From NCBI GenBank assembly GCA_934169745.1, contig CAKPOE010000007.1, forward strand, positions 3,733 to 67,732: 64,000 nt of DNA, written 5' to 3'. The stretch's first letter is position 1, and each line of letters begins with the position of its first letter. The DNA is from an uncultured Clostridia bacterium. Lineage in GTDB: Bacteria; Bacillota; Clostridia; TANB77; UBA1234. The notes under the pieces are model-generated. The model made no database searches, was not told where the DNA came from, and was given only the letters and a program-made list of their open reading frames with translations. Below are positions 36,526 to 44,579 of the stretch, piece after piece. Both the position numbers and the translations under genes were made by a program.

Positions 36526-37353
36526 ATGAAGAATAAAGTTTTGAAATATGTTTTAGCGATTTTGGGTGGAGCAATTGTTGGTTTAGGGACGGGATGGATA
36601 CTGTTACCATTAAAGCTTTCAACAGGAGGCTTTAGCGGAATTGCTACACTTGTACATTACTTATTTAATGTTCCAGCTGGAATTGTGACATTGGTACTTA
36701 ATATACCTTTGTTTTTAGTTGCTATTAAAATGTTGGGAATTCAATACAGTTTTAGAACATTTGCAAGTATGCTTTCACTTTCATTAGCACTTACGATTAC
36801 AGAAAGGTGGAACCCTTTAACATCTGATTTGATTCTTGCATCTATTTTTGGAGGAGCAATAATTGGTGTTGGATTGGCACTTTCTCTGAGAGGGGAAGCT
36901 ACAACTGGTGGAACTGACCTCATTGCGAAACTTATACAAGTAAAGAAACCGTATTTGAATTTGGGTGAAATACTTTTGATAATTGATGGTTTGATTATTG
37001 CGATTTCATCTTTTACATTTGAAAGTATAGAGGTAGCTTTATATTCAGGAATTGCTGTTTTTGTAATGACTAAGATAATGGATTTGATTTTGGAAGGTGG
37101 AGGATATGCGAAAGCTATGTTTATTATTACTGATAAGGAAGAAGAGATTTCTGAGTATATAATAAACGAAGTTCAGCGAAGTGCTACTAAAATAGAGGCT
37201 CAAGGAATATATTCAAAAAAAGATAAAAACATTTTGTTATGTGTTGCAAATAAAAGAGAAATACCTAAAATAAAGAACAAAATAAAAGAAATTGATAGTG
37301 GATGTTTTATTATAATTACAACTGTGACAGAGGCTATTGGTACAGGTTTCTAA
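36526..37353 (+). CDS. YitT-family membrane protein (DUF2179 C-terminal domain)
   Basis: LSTGGFSGIATLVHYLFNVPAGIVTLVLNIPLFLVAIKMLG...TTGGTDLIAKL, plus a C-terminal soluble domain. Confidence 0.8.
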   Translation: MKNKVLKYVLAILGGAIVGLGTGWILLPLKLSTGGFSGIATLVHYLFNVPAGIVTLVLNIPLFLVAIKMLGIQYSFRTFASMLSLSLALTITERWNPLTSDLILASIFGGAIIGVGLALSLRGEATTGGTDLIAKLIQVKKPYLNLGEILLIIDGLIIAISSFTFESIEVALYSGIAVFVMTKIMDLILEGGGYAKAMFIITDKEEEISEYIINEVQRSATKIEAQGIYSKKDKNILLCVANKREIPKIKNKIKEIDSGCFIIITTVTEAIGTGF

Positions 37354-37369
37354 AGTTTGGAGGTAGATT

Positions 37370-38152
37370 ATGGATTTGATTAACATTGCAAGAGAAGTAC
37401 GAAAAGATATTTTATTAGAAATTTATTCAGCTAATTCTGGACACCCAGGTGGTGCACTTTCATGTGCAGATATTTTAACAGCAATATATTTTAATTTGAT
37501 AAATGAAGGAGATAAAGTTGTACTATCGAAAGGTCATGCATCTGCTGCACTATATGCAGTTTTGGCAGAAAAAGGTTTCTTCGATAAAGAAGAGTTGAGA
37601 ACTTTTAGAAAATTAGGTAGTAAATTACAAGGCCATCCTTCTTTGTTAAAAACAAATGGTGTTGATGCTTCAAGTGGTTCATTAGGACAAGGGTTATCAG
37701 TCGCAAATGGCATTGCACTTTCATTCAAGTTAGATAAAAAACCTAATCATGTATATGTTGTTCTTGGCGATGGCGAAATACAAGAGGGACAAATTTGGGA
37801 AGCGGCAATGACAGCCAATCATTATGACTTAAATAATGTGATTGCTTTTTTGGATTATAATAAACTACAAATAGATGGAAGCAATGATGAAGTAATGAAA
37901 ATTGCTCCTGTAAAAGAAAAGTTTAGTGCGTTTGGATGGTATGTTCAAAAAATTGATGGTCACAATTTTGATGAGATTATAATGGCAGTTAATAATGCCA
38001 AGATACAAAAAAAACCATCTTTAATTATAGCAAACACAATAAAAGGAAAAGGCGTATCGTTTATGGAAAATCAAGTTGGCTGGCATGGTAAGGCACCTAA
38101 TCAAGATGAATACGAAAGAGCCATTAAGGAGGTATGCAATGATTGCAACTAG
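37370..38152 (+). CDS. Transketolase, N-terminal (TPP-binding) subunit
   Basis: SGHPGGALSCADILTAIYF...LSKGHASAALYAVLAEKGF...GSLGQGLSVANGIAL...VLGDGEIQEGQIWEA. Confidence 0.92.
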   Translation: MDLINIAREVRKDILLEIYSANSGHPGGALSCADILTAIYFNLINEGDKVVLSKGHASAALYAVLAEKGFFDKEELRTFRKLGSKLQGHPSLLKTNGVDASSGSLGQGLSVANGIALSFKLDKKPNHVYVVLGDGEIQEGQIWEAAMTANHYDLNNVIAFLDYNKLQIDGSNDEVMKIAPVKEKFSAFGWYVQKIDGHNFDEIIMAVNNAKIQKKPSLIIANTIKGKGVSFMENQVGWHGKAPNQDEYERAIKEVCNDCN

Positions 38153-39056
38153 AGAAAGTTATGGAAAAGCTTTAGCAGAGCTTGGAGAGAAATATAAAGA
38201 TGTGGTTGTGCTTGATGCGGATTTGGCAAATGCAACGAAGACCATAGAATTTAAAAAGAAGTTTCCTGAGAGATTTTTCGATATTGGAATTGCTGAACAA
38301 GATTTAATAGGAACAGCAGCAGGGCTGGCCTTGGGTGGAAAAATCCCATTCGCAAGCACATTTGCAGTTTTTGCAAGTGGAAGAGCATATGATCAAGTTA
38401 GAAATACAGTTGCTTATTCTAAGTTAAATGTTAAAATTGCAGCTACACACGCAGGCATTACTGTTGGTGAAGATGGGGCTTCACATCAAGCTTTGGAGGA
38501 CATTTCACTTATGAGAAGTATACCTAATATGGTGGTTTGTTCGCCAGCAGATGATAGATGCACTAAATGGCTTATTGAAGAGGCAATAAAATATAATGGA
38601 CCTATGTATATCCGTCTTGCTAGGCCGGCTACAGAAGAGATCTATTCAAATGATGTAAAATTTGAACTAGGTAAAGGAATTCAACATGGAGATGGAAAAG
38701 ATGCTACAATATTTGCTACAGGTGTAACTGTTGCAGAAGCGTTGAAAGCAAAAGAAATTTTGAAGCAAAAAAACATTGATGTAAGAGTTGTAGATATGCA
38801 TACAATAAAACCAATTGATAAGGAACTTATAGTAAAGTGTGCAAATGAAACCGATAAATTGTATACAGTGGAGGACCACAGTATTATAGGTGGTTTGGGA
38901 AGCACTGTTTGTGAAATATTATGTGATAGTGCTCCTAAAAAGGTTACAAGAATAGGAATTAATGATGAGTTTGGACAATCTGGAAAATGGCAAGAATTAA
39001 TGGAGTATTACGGAATAACCGCTGAAAAAATCGCAGAAAGGATTATTAAAGAATAA
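38139..39056 (+). CDS. Transketolase, C-terminal (pyrimidine-binding) subunit
   Basis: MIATRESYGKALAELG...FDIGIAEQDLIGTAAGLALGGKIPFASTFAVFAS.RAYDQVRN. RBS AAGGAGG precedes ATG 38139, which overlaps the upstream stop. Confidence 0.92.
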   Translation: MIATRESYGKALAELGEKYKDVVVLDADLANATKTIEFKKKFPERFFDIGIAEQDLIGTAAGLALGGKIPFASTFAVFASGRAYDQVRNTVAYSKLNVKIAATHAGITVGEDGASHQALEDISLMRSIPNMVVCSPADDRCTKWLIEEAIKYNGPMYIRLARPATEEIYSNDVKFELGKGIQHGDGKDATIFATGVTVAEALKAKEILKQKNIDVRVVDMHTIKPIDKELIVKCANETDKLYTVEDHSIIGGLGSTVCEILCDSAPKKVTRIGINDEFGQSGKWQELMEYYGITAEKIAERIIKE

Positions 39057-40172
39057 ATGATTATTGATTTTTTTAATAAGGCTGAACTCAGTACCGATGA
39101 TGTGCAAGAAAAGTTGAAAATAATTTCTCAAAGTGATACTGAGAATGCAAATTATATTTCTTCTGTATTTACAAAAGCGATAGAATATTTTTTAAAAGAA
39201 ATTGAAGTACAAGAGTCGATCTTGAAAAATGGTTTTCCAATAGCTGAGAAATCAAACTGTGCGTTGATTTATTTTTCTGATGATAAAAGTTTGAAAGATG
39301 AATATAAAAATTATAAATTTGTAATTGTTGTTGGAAGTCAAGGATACAGTTTCAATGATAATGTGGAATTTATGACTGTTAGAGATATATCTAAAATAAA
39401 GAAAAAACTTTTAAATACAAGCAATATAGATGTTGGATTTGATTTAGATAGTATCAAATATGCAGAATATTATTATAATATGTCGCGTTGCTACTTTTTA
39501 CATTTACTAGAGTTATTGCAATACATAACAATAGAAGAATTGCAGGAAGATGTTGAGGGAAATTGTACATGGATGTTGTTAAATAAAAACAATTTTAAAA
39601 GCGAGTATAATGAAGTTGCGGGAATCAATTTCAAAAAATTAATGAGAGTTTATGCTGCTCTTGAAACTAAAAAAATGAGAGATATTTTTTATTTGTCTAG
39701 TAATAAAATGACAGAAATAAAGAAAGATTTATTAAATAATATTTCAAAACTAGTTAAGGCATATAGTTTTGATACAAACGAAGAAAAAACTTCATATGTT
39801 TATGATGAATTTTGCGAGCAAATGTGTGATGAAGCACGTAATATTCTATATTGCAACTTTGTAAATAATAAGTGTATAGCTTCTAGATATACAAATGGGT
39901 TTCCAAATTCAAAAGAAAATGGTTGCTGTTCAAATACATATTTAGATAAAGGAAAGGATTGTAGATATTTAAAAACAGATCATTCATGTAGCATTTGCTC
40001 TATTTCATGCAGAGCCTTTGTTTGCTACTATTTGCAAAAAAGAGGAATTGATCATGCTATAAATCAATATCCGATAATTGATTTTGTAGTTAGTAAATTT
40101 AGTAAACCACATGTAATTTATGATTTTTTCACACCTAAAGAGAAAGCTGTGAAAAAATTAAGATGGAAGTAG
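39057..40172 (+). CDS. Hypothetical protein with Cys-rich C-terminal domain (possibly YkgJ/CxxCxxCC-like metal-binding)
   Basis: The ATG directly abuts the transketolase stop (TAAATG). The C-terminus reads CEQMCDE..CNFVNNKC...NGCCSNTYLDKGKDCRYLKTDHSCSICSISCRAFVCYY. The family call is from memory of the motif only. Confidence 0.5.
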   Translation: MIIDFFNKAELSTDDVQEKLKIISQSDTENANYISSVFTKAIEYFLKEIEVQESILKNGFPIAEKSNCALIYFSDDKSLKDEYKNYKFVIVVGSQGYSFNDNVEFMTVRDISKIKKKLLNTSNIDVGFDLDSIKYAEYYYNMSRCYFLHLLELLQYITIEELQEDVEGNCTWMLLNKNNFKSEYNEVAGINFKKLMRVYAALETKKMRDIFYLSSNKMTEIKKDLLNNISKLVKAYSFDTNEEKTSYVYDEFCEQMCDEARNILYCNFVNNKCIASRYTNGFPNSKENGCCSNTYLDKGKDCRYLKTDHSCSICSISCRAFVCYYLQKRGIDHAINQYPIIDFVVSKFSKPHVIYDFFTPKEKAVKKLRWK

Positions 40173-40221
40173 AAGAAGTGTTAAAAATAGAGACTTTTGT
40201 AATTTTTTGTTACTCAAATAC

Positions 40222-40250
40222 TTGATTTTGTTGAAAATTATTGGTAGAAT
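40222..40250 (+). promoter_or_regulatory. Candidate promoter for ftsEX
   Basis: TTGATT-17 nt-TAGAAT with an extended -10 (TGGTAGAAT). Confidence 0.45.
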
Positions 40251-40347
40251 TTAAATGGAATTATACCAATAATTTTTTGTGTATACGCGTTTTGAGATAT
40301 AGGGGGAATATCTGTAAAAACGGCAAGAACTACTAGGAGGCTAATGA

Positions 40348-41037
40348 ATGATAAGATTTGAAAATGTCTATAAGACGTATGCTACAGGAGTAGAAGCTGT
40401 AAGAGATGCTAACCTAGAAATCGAAAAAGGAGAATTTGCTTTTATCGTAGGAAGTAGTGGTTGCGGAAAATCAACTATGATAAAAATGATTTTAAAAGAA
40501 GTTGAACCAACAAGTGGAAGAATATATATAAACGGAAAAGATATAACAAGATTACCAAAAAATAAAATACCTCATTTGAGAAGAAGTATGGGAATTGTCT
40601 TTCAAGATTTCAGATTGCTAGAAGATAAAACAGTTTACGAAAATGTTGCATATGCAATGAGAGTAATAGGAGCAAGTCCAAAAGCAATAAAGAAACAAGT
40701 TCCTAATGTTTTATCTTTGGTGGGACTTTTAAATAAATCAAAAGCATATCCAAATGAGCTTTCAGGAGGAGAACAACAAAGAGTGGCTGTAGCAAGAGCA
40801 ATTGTCAACAATCCAATTATGCTTGTCGCAGACGAACCTACGGGTAATTTGGACCCTGATACAGCTTGGGAAATAATGTCTTTACTTAGCGACATCAATA
40901 GAAGAGGTACAACAGTTGTTGTGGCAACTCATGCTAAGGAAATTGTTGATAAGATGGAAAAGAGAGTTATCGCAATTGATAAAGGTGTTATTTATAGCGA
41001 CATAAGGAAAGGTGGGTACATAAATGACCATAGGTAA
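40348..41037 (+). CDS. ftsE: Cell division ATP-binding protein FtsE
   Basis: Walker A is GSSGCGKST, ABC signature LSGGEQQRVAVARA, Walker B MLVADEPTGNLD. It is paired with ftsX. Confidence 0.93.
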   Translation: MIRFENVYKTYATGVEAVRDANLEIEKGEFAFIVGSSGCGKSTMIKMILKEVEPTSGRIYINGKDITRLPKNKIPHLRRSMGIVFQDFRLLEDKTVYENVAYAMRVIGASPKAIKKQVPNVLSLVGLLNKSKAYPNELSGGEQQRVAVARAIVNNPIMLVADEPTGNLDPDTAWEIMSLLSDINRRGTTVVVATHAKEIVDKMEKRVIAIDKGVIYSDIRKGGYINDHR

Positions 41038-41911
41038 GTTTGGATATTGGATTTATGATGCCATAACTAGCATGAACAAAAATAAAAAGAATATTTTTAT
41101 ATCAATTGGCACCATGATTGCAACAATGCTTATTGTAGCAATTGCGTTTATTGTTGTGCAAAATGCTACATATATAATAAATCAAAAAAAAGATCAAGTT
41201 TCAAAAATTACAGCGTATTTGGATGTAGATGTTACTGATGAACAAGTGGCTCAGATAAAAAGAGATGTAGAAAAGTTAGATGGAGTAAAAAATATTGAAT
41301 ATACAACAAAGGAAGAGGCTATAAAGTGGGCAAAAGAAAAGAATCCATTATTGCTAAAAGGCTATACAGATGATGTTATAGAACAATTTCTTCCGTCATA
41401 TTACACTATTACATTTGAAACTGTTGCTGCAGAGAAACAAATTGTGTCTGCACTTCGTCTAATGGATGGTGTAGGAAAAAATGAGGAAGATGTTAAGGTT
41501 ACAGAAAGTGCATCGCAAGCAATAAGAAAAGCAAAAACTATTCAGGTAATAAGTGTAACTTTGCTTATATTAGTAATAGAACTTTCTGTACTTTTAATTA
41601 TGAATTCGACAAAACTAATGCTTTATGCAAAGAGAAAAGAAATCTCAATTATGAAGTATGTTGGTGCAACTGATGGATTTATAAAAGTTCCTTTTATCAT
41701 TCAAGGAGTGATTGTTGCATTAGTTGCGGTACTTATTACAATGATTTTTATTGCAATAATATATAATTTTGTTGCTGATAAAATGACTGATTATACACTA
41801 CTTTCTAGTGGAGAAATAATGTTTAAATTGACACTTATTCTTCTTGCCGTTGGAACAGGGATTGGAGTTATAGGTAGTTCAGTATCAATGAATAAGTATT
41901 TGGATGTATAA
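41024..41911 (+). CDS. ftsX: Cell division permease FtsX
   Basis: Overlaps the ftsE stop. It has one TM helix, an extracellular domain, then three C-terminal TM helices (RKEISIMKYVGATDGFIKVPFIIQG). Confidence 0.9.
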   Translation: MTIGKFGYWIYDAITSMNKNKKNIFISIGTMIATMLIVAIAFIVVQNATYIINQKKDQVSKITAYLDVDVTDEQVAQIKRDVEKLDGVKNIEYTTKEEAIKWAKEKNPLLLKGYTDDVIEQFLPSYYTITFETVAAEKQIVSALRLMDGVGKNEEDVKVTESASQAIRKAKTIQVISVTLLILVIELSVLLIMNSTKLMLYAKRKEISIMKYVGATDGFIKVPFIIQGVIVALVAVLITMIFIAIIYNFVADKMTDYTLLSSGEIMFKLTLILLAVGTGIGVIGSSVSMNKYLDV

Positions 41912-41930
41912 AAATACATAGGAGGAAGAA

Positions 41931-43058
41931 ATGAAAAAATTTATTTCTATTTTAGTGCTTGTGTGTACAATTACAACTACGGTTTTTGGTGTGACAAAAA
42001 CACAAGTTGATAATAAGAAAAAAGAATTAAATGCTGCAAAGAATCAGTTAACGTCTGTTAAAAAAGAAGAAAATACTACATTAAAAACAATTGACAATCT
42101 TGAGAAAACAATTAATTCAACGGAGAATCAAATTGAAAATACAGAAGCAGAAATAAAGAGATTAGAAGAGAGCACAAAGATTGCAGAACAAAACATTGAA
42201 TATACACAAAAGGAATATGAAAAAAAATACGAAGAAAGAACAGATAGAGTATTAGTATATTATAAAGCCGGAATAAGTTCTGCTTGGGATCTTGACTATT
42301 CTGCTGAAAACGAAACAGAAGCTATGCATATGCAGAGATTGATCTCTAAAATAATGGAATATGATAATGCATTAGTTGATGATTTGGAAAGCGAAAAAGA
42401 GCAATTAGAAGAACAGAAAAAGCAATTGGAAGAAGATACAACAAGATGTGCTAGCCTAAAAACAGAACTTGAAGAAAAGAAAGTTGCTTTAGAAACGACA
42501 AAGGAAACAAGAGTTAAATATTTATCTGTACTTAAAGATTCAAAAGCTGATTTGGAAGCTTCAATCGATAAATTGAATGAAGAAGCAAAAGCGCTTGAAA
42601 AAGAACTTGCTAAGTTGAGTACAAATTCTACTACAAAATATGCTGGCGGAACAATGACATGGCCATTACCGGGGTATTATATAATTACATCACCATTTGG
42701 AAACAGATTACACCCAGTGCTTAAAGTTTATAAATTACATACGGGTATTGATATAGCTGGAAGTGGTTGTAATGGTGCTAAGGTTGTTGCAGCAAATAGT
42801 GGAACAGTAATAACAGCTAAATATAGTACGGCTTGGGGAAATCATATAATAATAGACCATGGTGGCGGAATTGTAACTTTGTATGCACATTCAAGTAAAC
42901 TGTTAGTAAAAGTTGGCGATAAAGTTAAAAAGGGACAAGAAATAATGAAGGTAGGAACTACAGGATATTCAACGGGACCACATTTACATTTCGAAATAAG
43001 AGAAAATGGAAAGAGCGTAAATCCGCTAGATAGCAAAAAGGGATACTTAAAGAACTAA
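41931..43058 (+). CDS. Coiled-coil M23 peptidoglycan metalloendopeptidase (EnvC/PcsB-like FtsEX partner)
   Basis: Signal peptide, ~230-aa coiled coil, then an M23 domain (HTGIDIAG...GNHIIIDHGGGIVTLYAHSS...GTTGYSTGPHLHFEIRENG). Confidence 0.88.
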   Translation: MKKFISILVLVCTITTTVFGVTKTQVDNKKKELNAAKNQLTSVKKEENTTLKTIDNLEKTINSTENQIENTEAEIKRLEESTKIAEQNIEYTQKEYEKKYEERTDRVLVYYKAGISSAWDLDYSAENETEAMHMQRLISKIMEYDNALVDDLESEKEQLEEQKKQLEEDTTRCASLKTELEEKKVALETTKETRVKYLSVLKDSKADLEASIDKLNEEAKALEKELAKLSTNSTTKYAGGTMTWPLPGYYIITSPFGNRLHPVLKVYKLHTGIDIAGSGCNGAKVVAANSGTVITAKYSTAWGNHIIIDHGGGIVTLYAHSSKLLVKVGDKVKKGQEIMKVGTTGYSTGPHLHFEIRENGKSVNPLDSKKGYLKN

Positions 43059-43060
43059 TT

Positions 43061-43094
43061 AAAGGCGACACATTTTAAAATGTGTCGCCTTTTG
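43061..43094 (+). terminator. Intrinsic terminator after the M23 gene
   Basis: GGCGACACATTTT/AAAATGTGTCGCC palindrome followed by TTTT. Confidence 0.8.
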
Positions 43095-43176
43095 TATAAT
43101 AGGAAAAAATGAGTTATTTGACACAGCATTTTTTATATAATATAATTTCTTTAAATAGATATTAGGAGGATACAAT

Positions 43177-43896
43177 ATGGAAAAAGTTAATGTTTTAGGA
43201 TGTAAATTTGATAATGTTAATATGCAAGAAGCTGTTGATATTTGTAAAGGTTTTATAAAGGGCGATAAAGGAAATTTGGTTGTTACGCCTAATCCTGAAA
43301 TTGTTATGCGAGCAAAAGACGATGAAGAATTTAAAAATATTATAAATAGTGCTGAACTTGTTATTCCAGATGGTATTGGTATAATAAAAGCTGGAAATAT
43401 CTTGAAAACACCTTTGAAAGAGAGAGTGGCAGGATACGATTTGATTTGTAATTTGTTAGAATTGGGTAAGGACGGGAGTATTTCGTTCTATTTTTTCGGA
43501 AGCAAACCTGGATATGCAGAGGAAGCTAAGCAAAAAATGGAGGAAAAATATCCGAATATTAAGATATTGGGTACTCATACGGGGTACTTTAAGCCGGAAG
43601 AAGAAGAGGCGATAGTTAATGAAATTAGGTCTTTGAAACCAGATGTACTTTTAGTTGGAATTGGCGCTCCAAAACAAGAGAAGTTTATAAATAAATACAA
43701 GAATGAAGGCTTTTTCAAAATAGGAATTGGATGTGGTGGAAGTATTGATGTTCTAGCTGGCGAGGTGAAAAGAGCACCAAAGTTATTTATAAAATTGCAC
43801 TTAGAATGGTTTTATAGACTTCTAAAACAGCCATCAAGACTTGGAAGAATGATGGTGCTTCCAAAGTTTATGAAGGAAGTAAAAAAACAAAAGTAG
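43177..43896 (+). CDS. tagA: WecB/TagA/CpsF-family glycosyltransferase (ManNAc transferase TagA-like)
   Basis: VNVLGCKFDNVNMQEAVD...VVTPNPEIVM...PDGIGI...VGIGAPKQEKFI...LEWFYRLLKQPSRLGR. Confidence 0.85.
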   Translation: MEKVNVLGCKFDNVNMQEAVDICKGFIKGDKGNLVVTPNPEIVMRAKDDEEFKNIINSAELVIPDGIGIIKAGNILKTPLKERVAGYDLICNLLELGKDGSISFYFFGSKPGYAEEAKQKMEEKYPNIKILGTHTGYFKPEEEEAIVNEIRSLKPDVLLVGIGAPKQEKFINKYKNEGFFKIGIGCGGSIDVLAGEVKRAPKLFIKLHLEWFYRLLKQPSRLGRMMVLPKFMKEVKKQK

Positions 43897-44135
43897 GCTG
43901 TATATAATAGAACATAAATTATAAATAGAGTGTCAATGACCAGAATTTTTAAAATCACTTTTTATGATACGAATGAGTGTAAAAATGTGATTGATAAAAA
44001 TGGTTGTTGGCATTTTTATATATGAGCAAATCCAGTAATTACCAGTTGAGGCTTCCTCTTTTATTGTGAATTTACTTGAATATTTTTGTATTTATTGTAT
44101 AATATTAGGGGAAAATATATTAGGGGGGATGGACT

Positions 44136-44573
44136 TTGATAGCTATTGGTTGTGACCATGGTGGATATGAATTGAAAGAAGAGATAAAAAAGAGATTTTC
44201 AGATATAAATTTTAAAGATTTTGGAACTTTTTCTACGGATAGAATGGATTTCCCAGATGTTGCTTTTCCACTTGCAGAAAGTGTTGCGAGTGGTGAGTGC
44301 GATAAGGGAATTCTTATTTGTAGAAGTGGAATTGGCATGAGTATTGCAGCAAACAAAGTTAGAGGAATTCGTTGTGCACTTTGCTATAACATAGATGCAG
44401 CAAAATCAGCAAAAGAGCATAATAATGCAAATATTATTGCTATTGCGGCAGATGAGATCGATTTGAAAACAGCAATTGATGTAATAAATATTTGGCTTGA
44501 ATCAAAGTTCTTAGGAGGAAGATATCAAGAACGTCTTGATTTAATCCAAAAGTATGAAGTTAAAGAGAGGTAA
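44136..44573 (+). CDS. rpiB: Ribose-5-phosphate isomerase B (RpiB/LacA/LacB family)
   Basis: TTG start. Sequence: IAIGCDHGGYELKEEIKK...GILICRSGIGMSIAANKVRGIRCALC...HNNANIIAI. Confidence 0.9.
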   Translation: MIAIGCDHGGYELKEEIKKRFSDINFKDFGTFSTDRMDFPDVAFPLAESVASGECDKGILICRSGIGMSIAANKVRGIRCALCYNIDAAKSAKEHNNANIIAIAADEIDLKTAIDVINIWLESKFLGGRYQERLDLIQKYEVKER

Positions 44574-44579
44574 TTTTTT

